Assembly: GCF_001194135.2 (NCBI RefSeq)
Contig: NC_068989.1
Span: 5,003,383-5,067,382, forward strand
DNA from: Octopus bimaculoides
Lineage: Eukaryota
Direction: 5' to 3'
DNA length: 64,000 nucleotides
Of the stretch, positions 26,828 through 37,935 are shown one piece after another. The notes beneath the pieces are model-generated. The model made no database searches. It was not told the DNA's origin and was given only the letters and a program-made list of their open reading frames with translations. How positions within the stretch are numbered: position 1 is the stretch's first letter; each line of letters opens with the position of its first letter. The position numbers were made by a program, and so were the translations under genes.

Positions 26828-27035
26828 TCTATCTATCTATCTATCTATCTATCTATATATATATATATATATGATGGGCTTCTTTCCAGTTTCCGTCTAT
26901 CAAATCCACTCACAAGGCTTTGGCTGGCCCAAGGCTATAGTTGATGACACTTGCCCAAGGTTCCACCCAGTGGGACTGAACCCAAAACCACATGGCTGGG
27001 AAGCAAGCCTCTTATCACACAGCTACTCCTGCGCT
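26433..27035 (-). mobile_element. SINE family A with expanded internal (TA)n carrying a nested RTE tail
   Basis: Full signature to ...ACTCCTGCGC; GGAAAGCGGACGTTAAAC(GAT)n at about 26718-26758. Confidence 0.9.
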
Positions 27036-27174
27036 TATGTAAATTTACAACTTTTGTCTTTATTCATTTTTTATCATTTCACTGTTTAAAGCTTATACAA
27101 TCCATTTTTAGAGTAAAAATTCTAAATTATCATTTATGTTTAGTTTAGTCATTATACCTCACTTGCTACTTAGA

Positions 27175-27428
27175 GTGGAGGCACATAGCTTAGTGGTTAG
27201 GGTGTTGGACTCATTATCATAAGATTGTGGTTTCGATTCCTGGACCGGGCAATGCATTGAGTTCTTGAGCAAGACACTTCATTTCACACTGCTCCAGTCC
27301 ACTCAGCTGGCAGAAATGTGTAACCCTGCGATGGACTGGCATCCCACCCAAGTGGAGAATTTATACCTCATGGAAACCAGGAAACCAGCCCTTATGAGTC
27401 AGTAGGACTTGATAAGGTAACTTTACCC
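27175..27428 (+). mobile_element. tRNA-headed SINE with V-domain-like segment
   Basis: GTGGAGGCACATAGCTTAGTGGTTAGGG...TTCGATTCC...TTCTTGAGCAAGACAC...AACCCTGCGATGGACTGGCATCCC. Confidence 0.75.
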
Positions 27429-28812
27429 ATTTTTTTATTACTCGTCACTTAGGTAGGCACTAGGAATTACAACTACTTAAAATGAAGTGTGCTACAAAAG
27501 ACAAGGGTTAAGAGCCACTAGTCTACACCATTTGTTAAGATTAGACGCTGTCATATTTTTTTCAGTTCACTGGTTCCATGTTGATGGCTAGAAGTACATA
27601 AATCCATGTAAAAAATATGCAGACTTGCAGCATGTGACAGTCAATACAATTGGAGTAGCTAAGCACTGGAACCTATTTTTGTGAGCCAAGTAGAATCTTT
27701 GACTGATTGCTGACTTGTGTAATCAATCTGTGAATTTTGAACAAGAATACAATCAAAATTTCTTAATCTACTACTTTTAATTTTGTAAAAGCCCTAGTTT
27801 CTTCTAAATTATACAAATTCAATTCACAACCCTACTGTAACCATAAGCATAACCTTGATTTGAACACCAACTGCAATTATATTATTCTTAATAGATGTCC
27901 TTTTGACACTAAACACAATGTTGACACCAACACATTACAAACATTCATAACGCTAACCTCTACACCTCTCATATTATGCTATAATAATCACACCCACACA
28001 TTTTGGAATTGAAAGAAAACAATCAACATTTTACTTTCCAAATTCATTTTCTATTTAAAGAATAGTAATATTTACTACACAATGAAATGGAGCAATATTT
28101 CAAGGGCTGATTAAATGCATCAGGGAAAGATTAACCACCCCTCTTGCTAAAGGCACTGTCCTTAGTAAATATAAGAAAAAATTGCTTTCTGCCAATATAA
28201 GTAGTAGGAAACTTGTCCTCATTACAAAGCTAGAAACTTAACAAATAAGCAGCTAGGTTGAATGTTTACCTTGCTATAATTTGCCTTGTAACTTTATCGA
28301 TTGAAGTGTTGGGCTGTTATCAGGACCTGACCTTTCTCTTATAGCCATTCACTCCTTTCAGATAATATTTTTGTTAGATTGTACCATTTATTTATAACAG
28401 AAGTTCTTTCATTATAAGAGGGTCTATTTGTCCTAGAACTGACCTTTGATATTTTAAAAAAATGATTTTGTCCCAAACAAAGCTTGAGGCCTCTGTAGCA
28501 TAAGGGGTGACTAAAAAGAAAAAGAAGGAGGCCTACAAATTCAGAAGATGTCGATTGACACAAAGCTTAAAGGACTGAATATCATAGATAAGAGGAAAAC
28601 AAGGCAATAAGAATGAGTTCCAGAGAGCAGCAGTTGGCAGAAAGAAAATATTTGAATAAAAGGACTTGGAAAATACAGCCGAGAAACAATGTGTTCATCT
28701 TATATTTTTCCCCATTTTCTGATTTTCTAAAAGCTCCTATTTCATCATCATCATCATCATCATCATCACCATCACCANNNNNNNNNNNNNNNNNNNNNNN
28801 NNNNNNNNNNNN

Positions 28813-28867
<55 letters not shown>

Positions 28868-28868
<1 letters not shown>

Positions 28869-29030
28869 GTTGTCGTTTAACATCTGAGTTGAATGCCAGA
28901 AATGAAATTGAGGCCAAAAACATGCTGACCATGCTGGTAATCCCATACAGCTTCAATGTTATAAACTGGTCCATCTCTGAGATCAGCAAAGTTGATGTCA
29001 TTGAGAAATGCAGCAAGAAGAACCTGTACC
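28868..29030 (+). mobile_element. R4/Dong-like LINE fragment (post-RT region)
   Basis: SELNARNEIEAKNMLTMLVIPYSFNVINWSISEI resembles ELNA.NK..AIN.LA.PV..YSF..INW. Confidence 0.6.
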
Positions 29031-29439
29031 CAAAGGAAAATGTGTCCCCAACTGACAAAGCAGTTGTTGTTGTTGTTGCTGTTTACACAGATATTATTCT
29101 TTTCAGTTGCATGGTACCTTACCTGTTAGAATCTTTAGATGCCAACTCTTGCTGTCCCTCGACATCTCTGGTTAAGACCTGAGTGCAGCTTGGTTGTATA
29201 AATTAAAGCAAAGCTAAAACATAATGATGATGATGGTGGTGATGATGGTGNNNNNNNNNNNNNNNNNNNNNNNNNNNNNNNNNNNNNNNNNNACGGGGTG
29301 GTGGTGGCGGTGGTGGTGGTGGTGCAGATGACAAATAATGATGATGATGATGATAAAAATGCAGCAAAGTAACCTTAAAGAAAAGGAAAAATTAATTAAA
29401 AGCATTAATATTATGCAAGATAAAGAAACCGAGATAAGC

Positions 29440-29870
29440 GAATTAGACCAAACCTAGACATACAAATACTTAGTAATCAATGAACTAGACATACTAAAAC
29501 AACAACAACAACAACACACACACGCAAATCAAAGAAAAGATTAGGAAGGAATATTATAGATGCATTAGATTAAAGCAAAAATTAGCTAAATGCAAAACAA
29601 AGGAAAAAATAAGGCAATAGGTAGCAATGCTTTAGCTATTCTAATAATAAGTTACTGTTATAGAATTCTCTGTTGGATACTAAAGGAGCTAGCAAGACTA
29701 GATTGAAAAACAAGAAAGATAATTACTGCGTTTAGAATACACCACCTAAAATCTGATGTAGAAAGATTACATTTACTGTGGAAACATGATGGTAGGGGTC
29801 TTATGAAAGTAGTGCAACTAGAAAACTATTATAAAATATCCACTGTAAGACAACAAAATTATCTTGTAAT
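29440..29870 (+). mobile_element. R4/Dong-like LINE fragment (RT end and thumb)
   Basis: TYKYL.I, ARLD.KTRKIITAFRIHHLKSDVERL...GRGL...LENYYK. Confidence 0.65.
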
Positions 29871-30129
29871 GAATCAGGATAATGAAGAGAAATAGCTATG
29901 AAACTCAAACAAAACAGAAATAAATTGCTTTCTGTTTTCATTAGAAGACAACAAATACAAAAACAGAGGCTGAAATGAGAGGTTGTTACGAAGAAAAATG
30001 AGAAACAACAGAAGTTGTGTAAAGGCTAAGCCAAACTTTTGGAGCATGAGACGTTTTGGCACTGCTGATTTGGAGCTGCTTGTTTGGCATTGCTGATTCA
30101 ATGCTGACTTATTTGATATCAGATGCTTA

Positions 30130-30360
30130 ACTGTTTCTTTGATATAGTGTCACGCAAATGGCACCCATGCCAGTGGCACATAAAAGCTTCCATTACACTC
30201 TCAGAGTAGCTGACATTAGGAAGGGCATCCAGCCGTAGAAAGCCATGCCAAATCAGACTGGATCCTGGCACAGCCTTCCAGTGTGCCAGCCTGGTCAAAC
30301 AGCCCAACCCATGCCAGCATGGACAATGGACATTAAATGACGATGATGATGATGATGATG
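30130..30360 (+). mobile_element. RTE-type 3' tail fragment
   Basis: GACATTAGGAAGGGCATCCAGCCGTAGAA...GGACATTAAATGAC(GAT)n. Confidence 0.8.
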
Positions 30361-30576
30361 ATAAAGAAAACATTACTAGTTTCAATGATGAATCTTATCA
30401 AATATCAGTAAAAATTTATAAAAATTTGTAATAAAAACAGGTTATCTTCTGTCTGGGGATCAAAGTTTTTGACCCCCAGACAGAATATAAACCATTTTTA
30501 CTTCAAATTTTTATAAATTTTTACTGATATTTTATAAGATGAGATTCATCATTGAAACCAGTAATAATTTCTTTAT
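30361..30576. mobile_element. Foldback/palindromic MITE (~216 bp)
   Basis: Arms ATAAAGAAA..ATTACT.GTTTCAATGATGAATCT..AAATATCAGTAAAAATTTATAAAAATTTG...TCTGTCTGGGG(A/G)TCAAA inverted about ~30465. Confidence 0.8.
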
Positions 30577-30761
30577 AAAACTGTTAAATCATTTTATTAG
30601 ATTCCTTCTTAAATTGAAATGTTTTATCAGATCCAGTCTGATTTGGCATGGTTTGTTTCTGTGCTATTTCCACCTCCATCTTTTATATATAAAAGTTTGA
30701 TTTGTATAGATCTCTAATCTTTTTCANNNNNNNNNNATATCGTTATATATATATATATATA

Positions 30762-31291
30762 CAGGGTTATTCAAAAAGAATGAACAAATTTCATTACACA
30801 ATATTTTAATAAGGAAAAGCAATAGAAAACTCCAGTTAAGTCACAGGTATTCACTCACAATCAACTTTTATTTCTTGTCTTCCAAGTGTTTAATGTGGCC
30901 ACAACTGGTAGCACAGGCAACATCAATACGATAAGAGAACTCCTCCCAGACATGTATCAGCATATCAAAAGCAAGGTCATTATGGAACTAAAGAATAAAT
31001 TTGCTTTGGCTTGAGACGATTCCAGAAGGGAAATGGAAAAACTTGGATAAAGCGTTCCACCAGATAGCCAAAGAAGTACTCAGTGGATCATAATATGCTG
31101 ATATGCACCAGGGAGGAATTCTCTTATCGCATTGATGCTGCCCGCGCTGCAGGTGGTGGCTACATCGAACACTTGTAAGACAGGAAATAAAAGCTGATTG
31201 TAAGTAAATACTTGTGACTTAGCTGGAGTTTTCTATTGCTTTCCTGATCAAAATATTGCATAATGAAATCAGTTCATTCTTTTTGAATAAC

Positions 31292-31295
<4 letters not shown>
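30762..31295. mobile_element. Tc1/mariner-derived non-autonomous element with ~200-bp inverted arms, TA TSD
   Basis: TA|CAGGGTTATTCAAAAAGAATGAAC ... GTTCATTCTTTTTGAATAACTCTG|TA; both arms encode a transposase C-terminus (EEFSYRID.A.A..GG.I.HL). Confidence 0.85.
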
Positions 31296-31368
<73 letters not shown>

Positions 31369-31399
31369 ATATATATGTGTGTATATTATACACAGCTCC

Positions 31400-31598
31400 G
31401 TCATTTTAACATTCACTTTTCCATGCTTACATGGGTTGGATGGAATTCATTGAGGCCTTTTTCTAGTTGAGTAGACTGGAGCAATGTTAAATGAAGTGTT
31501 TTGCTGAAGAACACAACACTTCACCCGATATATGAGTTGAAACCACAACCGTATGATCATGAATCCAACACCCTAACCACTAAGCCATGTGCCTCCAC
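31400..31598 (-). mobile_element. SINE head plus RTE tail remnant
   Basis: CCCTAACCACTAAGCCATGTGCCTCCAC terminus; TTTTAACATTCACTTTTCCATGC tail. Confidence 0.65.
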
Positions 31599-31954
31599 AT
31601 ATTATAAGGGTGAGTCGTAGTAAATGGGAAGATGAAGATGAAGAAGACAGTAGTGATGGTGCACCAAAGCAAAATTTCAAGGTAGGTGAAGCATAAGGGT
31701 GGACACTGTAAGTGGGTGAGGTGCTGGAAGGACAGGTGGGTTGTTTCAAAAGACTGTGGTGGTGGTGGTGGTGGTGAGAATAATAGATGCTCCAAGAAGG
31801 TAGCAGAGATAGATGTATTGTATAATGTGTAGGGGTGGAAGTGCAGTTGAAGGGAAATACCAGTATAGAGACCAGGTAAGGTGAGTGAGCAATGTGTGTG
31901 TGTGTGAGTGTGTGCGTGCGTATACACACGCACAAACACAAATATATTAAAGCC

Positions 31955-32040
31955 ATAAAGTTAAAGTCTGGTCTTATAGTGACCAATGGTTTCGCATCCA
32001 CGAAACCATCGGTCACTTTATAACCAGACTTTAACTTTAT
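31955..32040. repeat. 86-nt near-perfect hairpin (40-bp arms, 6-nt loop)
   Basis: 31955-31994 versus reverse complement of 32001-32040: 36/40 identical; loop CATCCA. Confidence 0.9.
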
Positions 32041-32199
32041 TGTTTTAATTCTTTACTGCTCTATACTTTAGTGTGTGCTTCTTATTCGGATATATGATAC
32101 ACTGTCAATATTTATATATATACATATATATATATATATATACAGAGAGATCCATTTACATCAATGAGGTGAAGAGAATTCGTTGTTTTGTTAGCTCTC

Positions 32200-33754
32200 A
32201 GCGCTTAGTTCAAATAGTCAAATAGTCACACACACGCAAAAGTAGCAATATAGGCGATATGATGGCTCTGATAGTTAGTGGGAGGTAAGAGCATTAACTC
32301 TTCCGAAAAGTAGAATAAGCTTTATTGAATACAACGCGAAACCTGCGGTTGAGAAGTTGTAGCCAACCTGAACGGAATAAAATATTGCAGGTGCTGTTTG
32401 TGTAGTCTTCACCGGATATTTGCAGGAGGAGGAGGAGGCTGAATGAATGGTAAAGATAGAAAATGTAGGGGTGCGGTAAACAGAGTAGCATCACTGTAAA
32501 TAATAGGAGGCATCCTTTGGCGAATACCCATGGAATAAGTTATCTGAATATCTCGGAACTGTGAACAATAGAAACCATATTTTGTCTGATACACGCACAT
32601 ATAAGGAATTGGAGCGCATGATCGTGTTCTCCGATGAAATTAGGCTCTGCCCGGAAACGTTAGACTTTCGTTCTCACGGTTTATCAAAATACCTTTTATT
32701 TTCTTTGTCTTTCTTTTTAATTCTCTCTTTCCCTCTCTCTCTCTCACACTACAAACACTCTCTTTATCTCTCTCGATATTCTACATATCAATTAGGATTA
32801 TCAAGCCGTATATTATTATTATTATATATTGTTTTTATGTGTGTATTATAAGTATTGTTTTATATACATTGTATATTTCAATGAGTGTGTATATTCGCGT
32901 GTGTAATGATGTGTGTATACTACATCAGATGAAAGACAGAACAAAAGAACAACAAGAGGATGAGGAAGGATGAGGGTTGACGTCACGTTTCGTGAGTGCT
33001 GTAACTCATGGCATTGGCATTTTATTGTGAAGCAAATAACAACACAAGTATGCTTGTCTCTTGTGGTGTCAGCCACACTCGACTTTTATCTAAATCTCTC
33101 CAGGCGACACTATGTAGCTATTCCCCCTCGCTCTGCTTCTACCGCCACCTCCGTTCGCCACACTGACTTGCACTCGAACGCACACCTCTCTTTTTCATAG
33201 ATATATTGACAAATAGTTAAAGAGATAGAGAGAAGTGCAGATATATACATGTTATGTCTGTATAAACACACACGCAATGAAATGATGTGTTTTCTCCGAT
33301 GTTTATGGATGTTCTCATCCGTTAATTTACCTATGTACGGCTCTAACCATAGATATAAATGCGTTTAATTGCGCAGCTTTTTGACAATGTCAACATGGTT
33401 TAAAGGTAAAAGTACAGTTACACTCTCTGCCAAAGACTTTGGAGGTGTAAAAAACGACAGGTTTGGGGGTGGTAGTTAGTGCAGCTTTTGTTTATCACGA
33501 TGGCCTGTCTGTGAACTCCTGTTTTAAAAAGCCGGTTGGTCCGCTGTCACTTCACTTCACTTAGTGACAGCCGGCCCAATCGGTTTGTTCTCTCTAATTC
33601 AATAATGTTTTAACTACGAACATATTTGAAATAGTTAAATAAGGTAGTTGAATTAATGGATTGACTAGCCTGGCTTTTCACCACTTTATAGTCACAGCTA
33701 ATTCATCCTGTCATTATTGTTCTCATTCCTCCCTTTGTTAATTTAGCCTTGTAG
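32200..33754 (+). promoter_or_regulatory. Putative promoter / 5'-UTR exon region of C1GALT1-like gene
   Basis: Locally CpG-richer and SINE-free. Palindromic CRE TGACGTCA at 32978-32985. Candidate donors at 32285 (GTAAGA), 32450 (GTAAAG) and 32992 (GTGAGT). Pyrimidine-rich acceptor ...CCTTGTAG/ at 33754, 56 nt upstream of the ATG. Confidence 0.4.
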
Positions 33755-33810
33755 ATCGACACTTACATTCATATACATCCACTTACACCTATTTACGTTT
33801 CTATATATTT

Positions 33811-34075
33811 ATGATGATGCCATCGAGGATGGCTGTAAGCCTAACGAAGAGGGGCATCGCTACATTTAGCGTTGGCATTATATTCGGTTTCGCTTTCACG
33901 TACATGTTAGCCTATTCGTCGCAATGGAATACCCGTTTCTTCTCGCCCAAAGAGACACGCATATATTACAGTAACTACATACCCGACAGCCCCCACGGAC
34001 ACGGTGGTGTCGAACATTTAGGGGGCCCGGACAAGTCCTTTAAATGGGCAGACTCGGAGCACCACAGTCATCAAG
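33811..34075 (+). CDS. C1GALT1: Core 1 beta-1,3-galactosyltransferase (T-synthase), first coding exon: cytoplasmic tail, TM anchor, His-rich stem
   Basis: ORF MMMPSRMAVSLTKRGIATFSVGIIFGFAFTYMLAYSS...DSPHGHGG...WADSEHHSHQ(G) has type II membrane topology. Donor CAAG/GTTAGT at 34075/34076 is phase 1 and joins in frame (G+GT=Gly) to the exon at 60883. Confidence 0.88.
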
Positions 34076-34201
34076 GTTAGTAACTACATTCGCTATATAT
34101 ATATATATTATAAATTTATTCTGGATGAATTCATTGCCGATATTTCCAACGTAAAGTGATTGATATTATAAGCATCAACTTTTCTGTTTCAAATAGGTGC
34201 T

Positions 34202-34269
<68 letters not shown>

Positions 34270-35770
34270 NNNNNNNNNNNNNNNNNNNNNNNNNNNNNNN
34301 NNNNNNNNNNNNNNNNNNNNNNNNNNNNNNNNNNNNNNNNNNNNNNNNNNNNNNNNNNNNNNNNNNNNNNNNNNNNNNNNNNNNNNNNNNNNNNNNNNNN
34401 NNNNNNNNNNNNNNNNNNNNNNNNNNNNNNNNNNNNNNNNNNNNNNNNNNNNNNNNNNNNNNNNNNNNNNNNNNNNNNNNNNNNNNNNNNNNNNNNNNNN
34501 NNNNNNNNNNNNNNNNNNNNNNNNNNNNNNNNNNNNNNNNNNNNNNNNNNNNNNNNNNNNNNNNNNNNNNNNNNNNNNNNNNNNNNNNNNNNNNNNNNNN
34601 NNNNNNNNNNNNNNNNNNNNNNNNNNNNNNNNNNNNNNNNNNNNNNNNNNNNNNNNNNNNNNNNATATATATATATGTGTGTGTATGTGTGTGTGTGTGT
34701 GTGTATGTGTGTGTGTGTGTGTATGTATGTGTGTCTCTTATAATAATAGGAATTGTCAAGGGAGGTTGGTTAGTTCGCCAAACACTAGTTCACACCCCTC
34801 CGTATTATGCATGGAGTTAGGAATAACATTTGTTAATTAGTGTCTTAATATTTGGTTTCGAGAATTCGCGTGAACGTAAGACTCCATGTGTGTCTGAAAG
34901 TGTTTATATTTTGTTTTACTTTTGTGATTGTGATTTGTTGTGTGTGTGTGTGTGTGTGATTTGTTGTTTAGGTTAGCACTGATCTGAGACATTCAAGCCG
35001 TGACCGTTCCTTATTTGTTTCGTATGTTAGAGAACCTTGAATCGCGTCCAACGCGCTCTTTTTCTAAAACGATAAGCTGTGGTTTTAAGATGTGACTATT
35101 ATTTCCAGCAAGTCGAGTGACCACGTATTGGGGCTGTTTTATGTTATGTTTATCGGGTACCAGAGGACCATATTTTCTGAATATAAGCTAGGAACAAGAA
35201 ACAATATACCGATATTGCTGCATTTATATCCGATAAAGATAATGCCCCCGTCTAGTTAATGAGGGTGCCTGTACATGGTTGCGCGACTTCTCTAGAAAAA
35301 CCAATCAAATCTCCCTGAAATCACGCCTTTTAAGAAACGAAAACATTGGATAATATTGATCTGAGTCTACTCTACTGTACCTAGGAAAAAAATAAATAAA
35401 ACTCATAGATAGAAGGCTTTAAATGAGGATTGAAAAAGAATAAAAATTTGGGGAGCGAACACGTTGCTATATTTAAAACCTTTTCATTGTGATATTTCTG
35501 TTAAAATACACTGCTCTTGGTTTATTTCATTTTAAGAACTGTCAATTTTAATCTGGTGTTTGGAAGAAAATTAACATAAAAGTTTGATCATTTTAAAACA
35601 AGAAGTTTGTTATAAAATCAAGGGCGGTCTTAAGCGGGTTGGTATCAAAAGGGTTAAAAAAGATAGTTTCCAACTATTTTAACTTGCCGAACACACCGAA
35701 GAAACAATTTTTATGCCTGCAAAATCGTGAATAGGATAGGATTGCTAAAAAAATTTCATTAATATCAAGT

Positions 35771-35990
35771 CCTTTAAGATTCAGATTTCTTTGTCAAATG
35801 TATTGCTTATTTATTCATGTTATTTTAAATTAACCATGCATTATCTTGTAGCTTCGAGATTTAAATGGTGTATTTATATATTTTTAGAATGACATTGTAG
35901 GTTATGTGTGAGAGGTTGGTTCTGGTCAGTTTTAGCATAAAACTGGTAGAATATTTGGGCCTCATATAGCCGGATTAAATGCTGAAGGGC
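35771..35990. mobile_element. Degenerate piggyBac-like MITE (same family as 49927-50139)
   Basis: Internal TTTTTAGAATGACATTGTAGG...AGAATATTTGGGC; end TAAATGCTGAAGGG. Confidence 0.65.
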
Positions 35991-36414
35991 TGGAGTGAAA
36001 GGGTCTTCGTATTTGTCAGTTTGAGAAACTCTAGACTAGCTGTTCTTTAACTTGATTTATTAGAAAAAACAGCCAAATGTCACTCAAATGACTCCTTAAA
36101 TTTAAAACAAGAGGCAAAGGACACATCACGTAATAGTCTTTGATTCGTCACGGGTGGATCTGCTTAGATCATAAGCTCTGCTATACCAGGACCTATTTGA
36201 GGTTAAGCATGAAACAAAGTATTTGTAATATAATCTGATATATTCAATCTATTTTACAATCTCTATTACAAAATGTGTTGCGCCATATAAAATAATCTTT
36301 GTATTTATAAAAAAAAAAAAAAACAACTAGACAACAATGTGTTTGCTTATTATTTATGTGTGAATCTATGTGTGTCTCGGTGAAATCTACAAGTTTTTTT
36401 TTCATTCACACTGT

Positions 36415-36560
36415 TTATTTTCTATTGTTCCTTTCTGTGGAAGAGCGGAGGCTTGAAACGTAAAAGACGTTCTCATTTTCCTGAGTGTTAAATTAATACA
36501 CTTGCTTGTCCCTACACCTGACTTCGTCTTTTGTTTTTCTATAAATTTTAACTAATACAT
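36415..36560 (+). mobile_element. Repeat terminus (probably Penelope-like) carrying a hammerhead-like motif; homologous to 52040-52380
   Basis: CTTTCTGTGGAAGAGCGGAGGCTTGAAACGTAAAAGAC...CCTGAGTGTTAAATTAATACAC. Confidence 0.6.
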
Positions 36561-36573
36561 CTATGTATATATA

Positions 36574-36618
<45 letters not shown>

Positions 36619-36620
<2 letters not shown>

Positions 36621-36870
36621 GCAGGAGTGGCTTGCTTACTAACCACATGGTTCTAGGTTCAGTCCTACTGCGTGGCACCTTGGACACGTGTCTTCTACTA
36701 CAGCCCCAGGCCGATCAAAGCCTTGTGAGTGGATTTCGTAGACGGAAACTGAAAGGAACCCGTAGTGTGTGTGTGTTTGTTTGTTCCCCCCCCCCCAACA
36801 CCATCGCTTGACGACCGATATTAGTGTGTTTACGTCCCCATAAGAATATGGACTGAAACAAATAAAAGCA
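36619..36870 (+). mobile_element. SINE family A, internally deleted
   Basis: GCAGGAGTGGCTTGCTTACTAACCACATGG...GACTGAAACAAATAAAAG. Confidence 0.85.
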
Positions 36871-36914
36871 TATATATATATGTGATTGTGAGCCTGACGT
36901 TCTAGCCACTGAGC

Positions 36915-37208
36915 CACTCAGTGGTTAAAGTGTTGGGTGCACAATCATGAGGTTAGTGAATTCAATTCTTGGACCAGGCTGTGTGTTGTGTTCTTGAGCA
37001 AGACACTTAATTTCATGTTGCTCCAGTTCACTCAGCTACGTCACTGGTGCCAAGCTGTATCGGTCTTTGCCTTTCCCTTGGATAACATTGATGGTGTGCA
37101 GAGGGTGACTGCTGGTCTTCCACAAACAACCTTGCTACAGAGGGGAACTTTCTAGGTGCAATCCCATGGTCATTCATGACCAAAGAGCGGGGTCTTTATC
37201 CTTTACCA
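36915..37208 (+). mobile_element. tRNA-headed SINE (family shared with 13020-13207 and 41805-42065)
   Basis: GTGTTCTTGAGCAAGACAC...GGTGCCAAGCTGTATC...AACTTTCTAGGTGCAATCCCATGGTCATTCAT. Confidence 0.8.
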
Positions 37209-37339
37209 TTTATAAAGCCATATATTATCCTGGTGGTTACTGTGTTTCCTCTTAATTCAGTTTCAGCTGCCAGTTAACCACAATAACTGTTAAATAAAAT
37301 TGTGAATATGAAAAGTATCTGTTATCATTAATACTATAA

Positions 37340-37590
37340 TGCACCTGTGAGATCTTGGGTTCAATTCCCAGACTGGTTGTTACATTGTGTTCTTGAGCAA
37401 AGCACTTCATTTCACATTGCTCTATGATCATTTCGACATTTGACATGTGACACCCATTGCACCTGTACAGGTAATGTCGATCTGATGGAGGGAGTGAGCT
37501 TATGTCTACACAAACAATTGATCCCTATAAACAAATCATCTGAGTGGTTGTTCGGTAACAAATTGTCAGACCCTCAAACGTTGTCTAACG
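37340..37590 (+). mobile_element. tRNA-headed SINE
   Basis: GGGTTCAATTCC...GTGTTCTTGAGCAAAGCAC...CGTTGTCTAACGACAGGAG, then (TA)n. Confidence 0.65.
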
Positions 37591-37604
37591 ACAGGAGAAT
37601 ACAT

Positions 37605-37693
<89 letters not shown>

Positions 37694-37898
37694 GTATTTG
37701 TGGTGCATTGCCAGCTGTTCATACAAATCCTCCATATATTATCATCATCATAATCTTTTTAACTTCCACTTTGCGTTGGTCAGTCAGAAATCATTGAGGC
37801 AGATATTTTATGGCTAGATGCTCTTTTTGTTATCGACCTTCATTTCTGAGCAAGATTATATTTTCCCATGGCTAGACATATATATATTTTCCCAAGGC

Positions 37899-37933
<35 letters not shown>

Positions 37934-37935
37934 AT

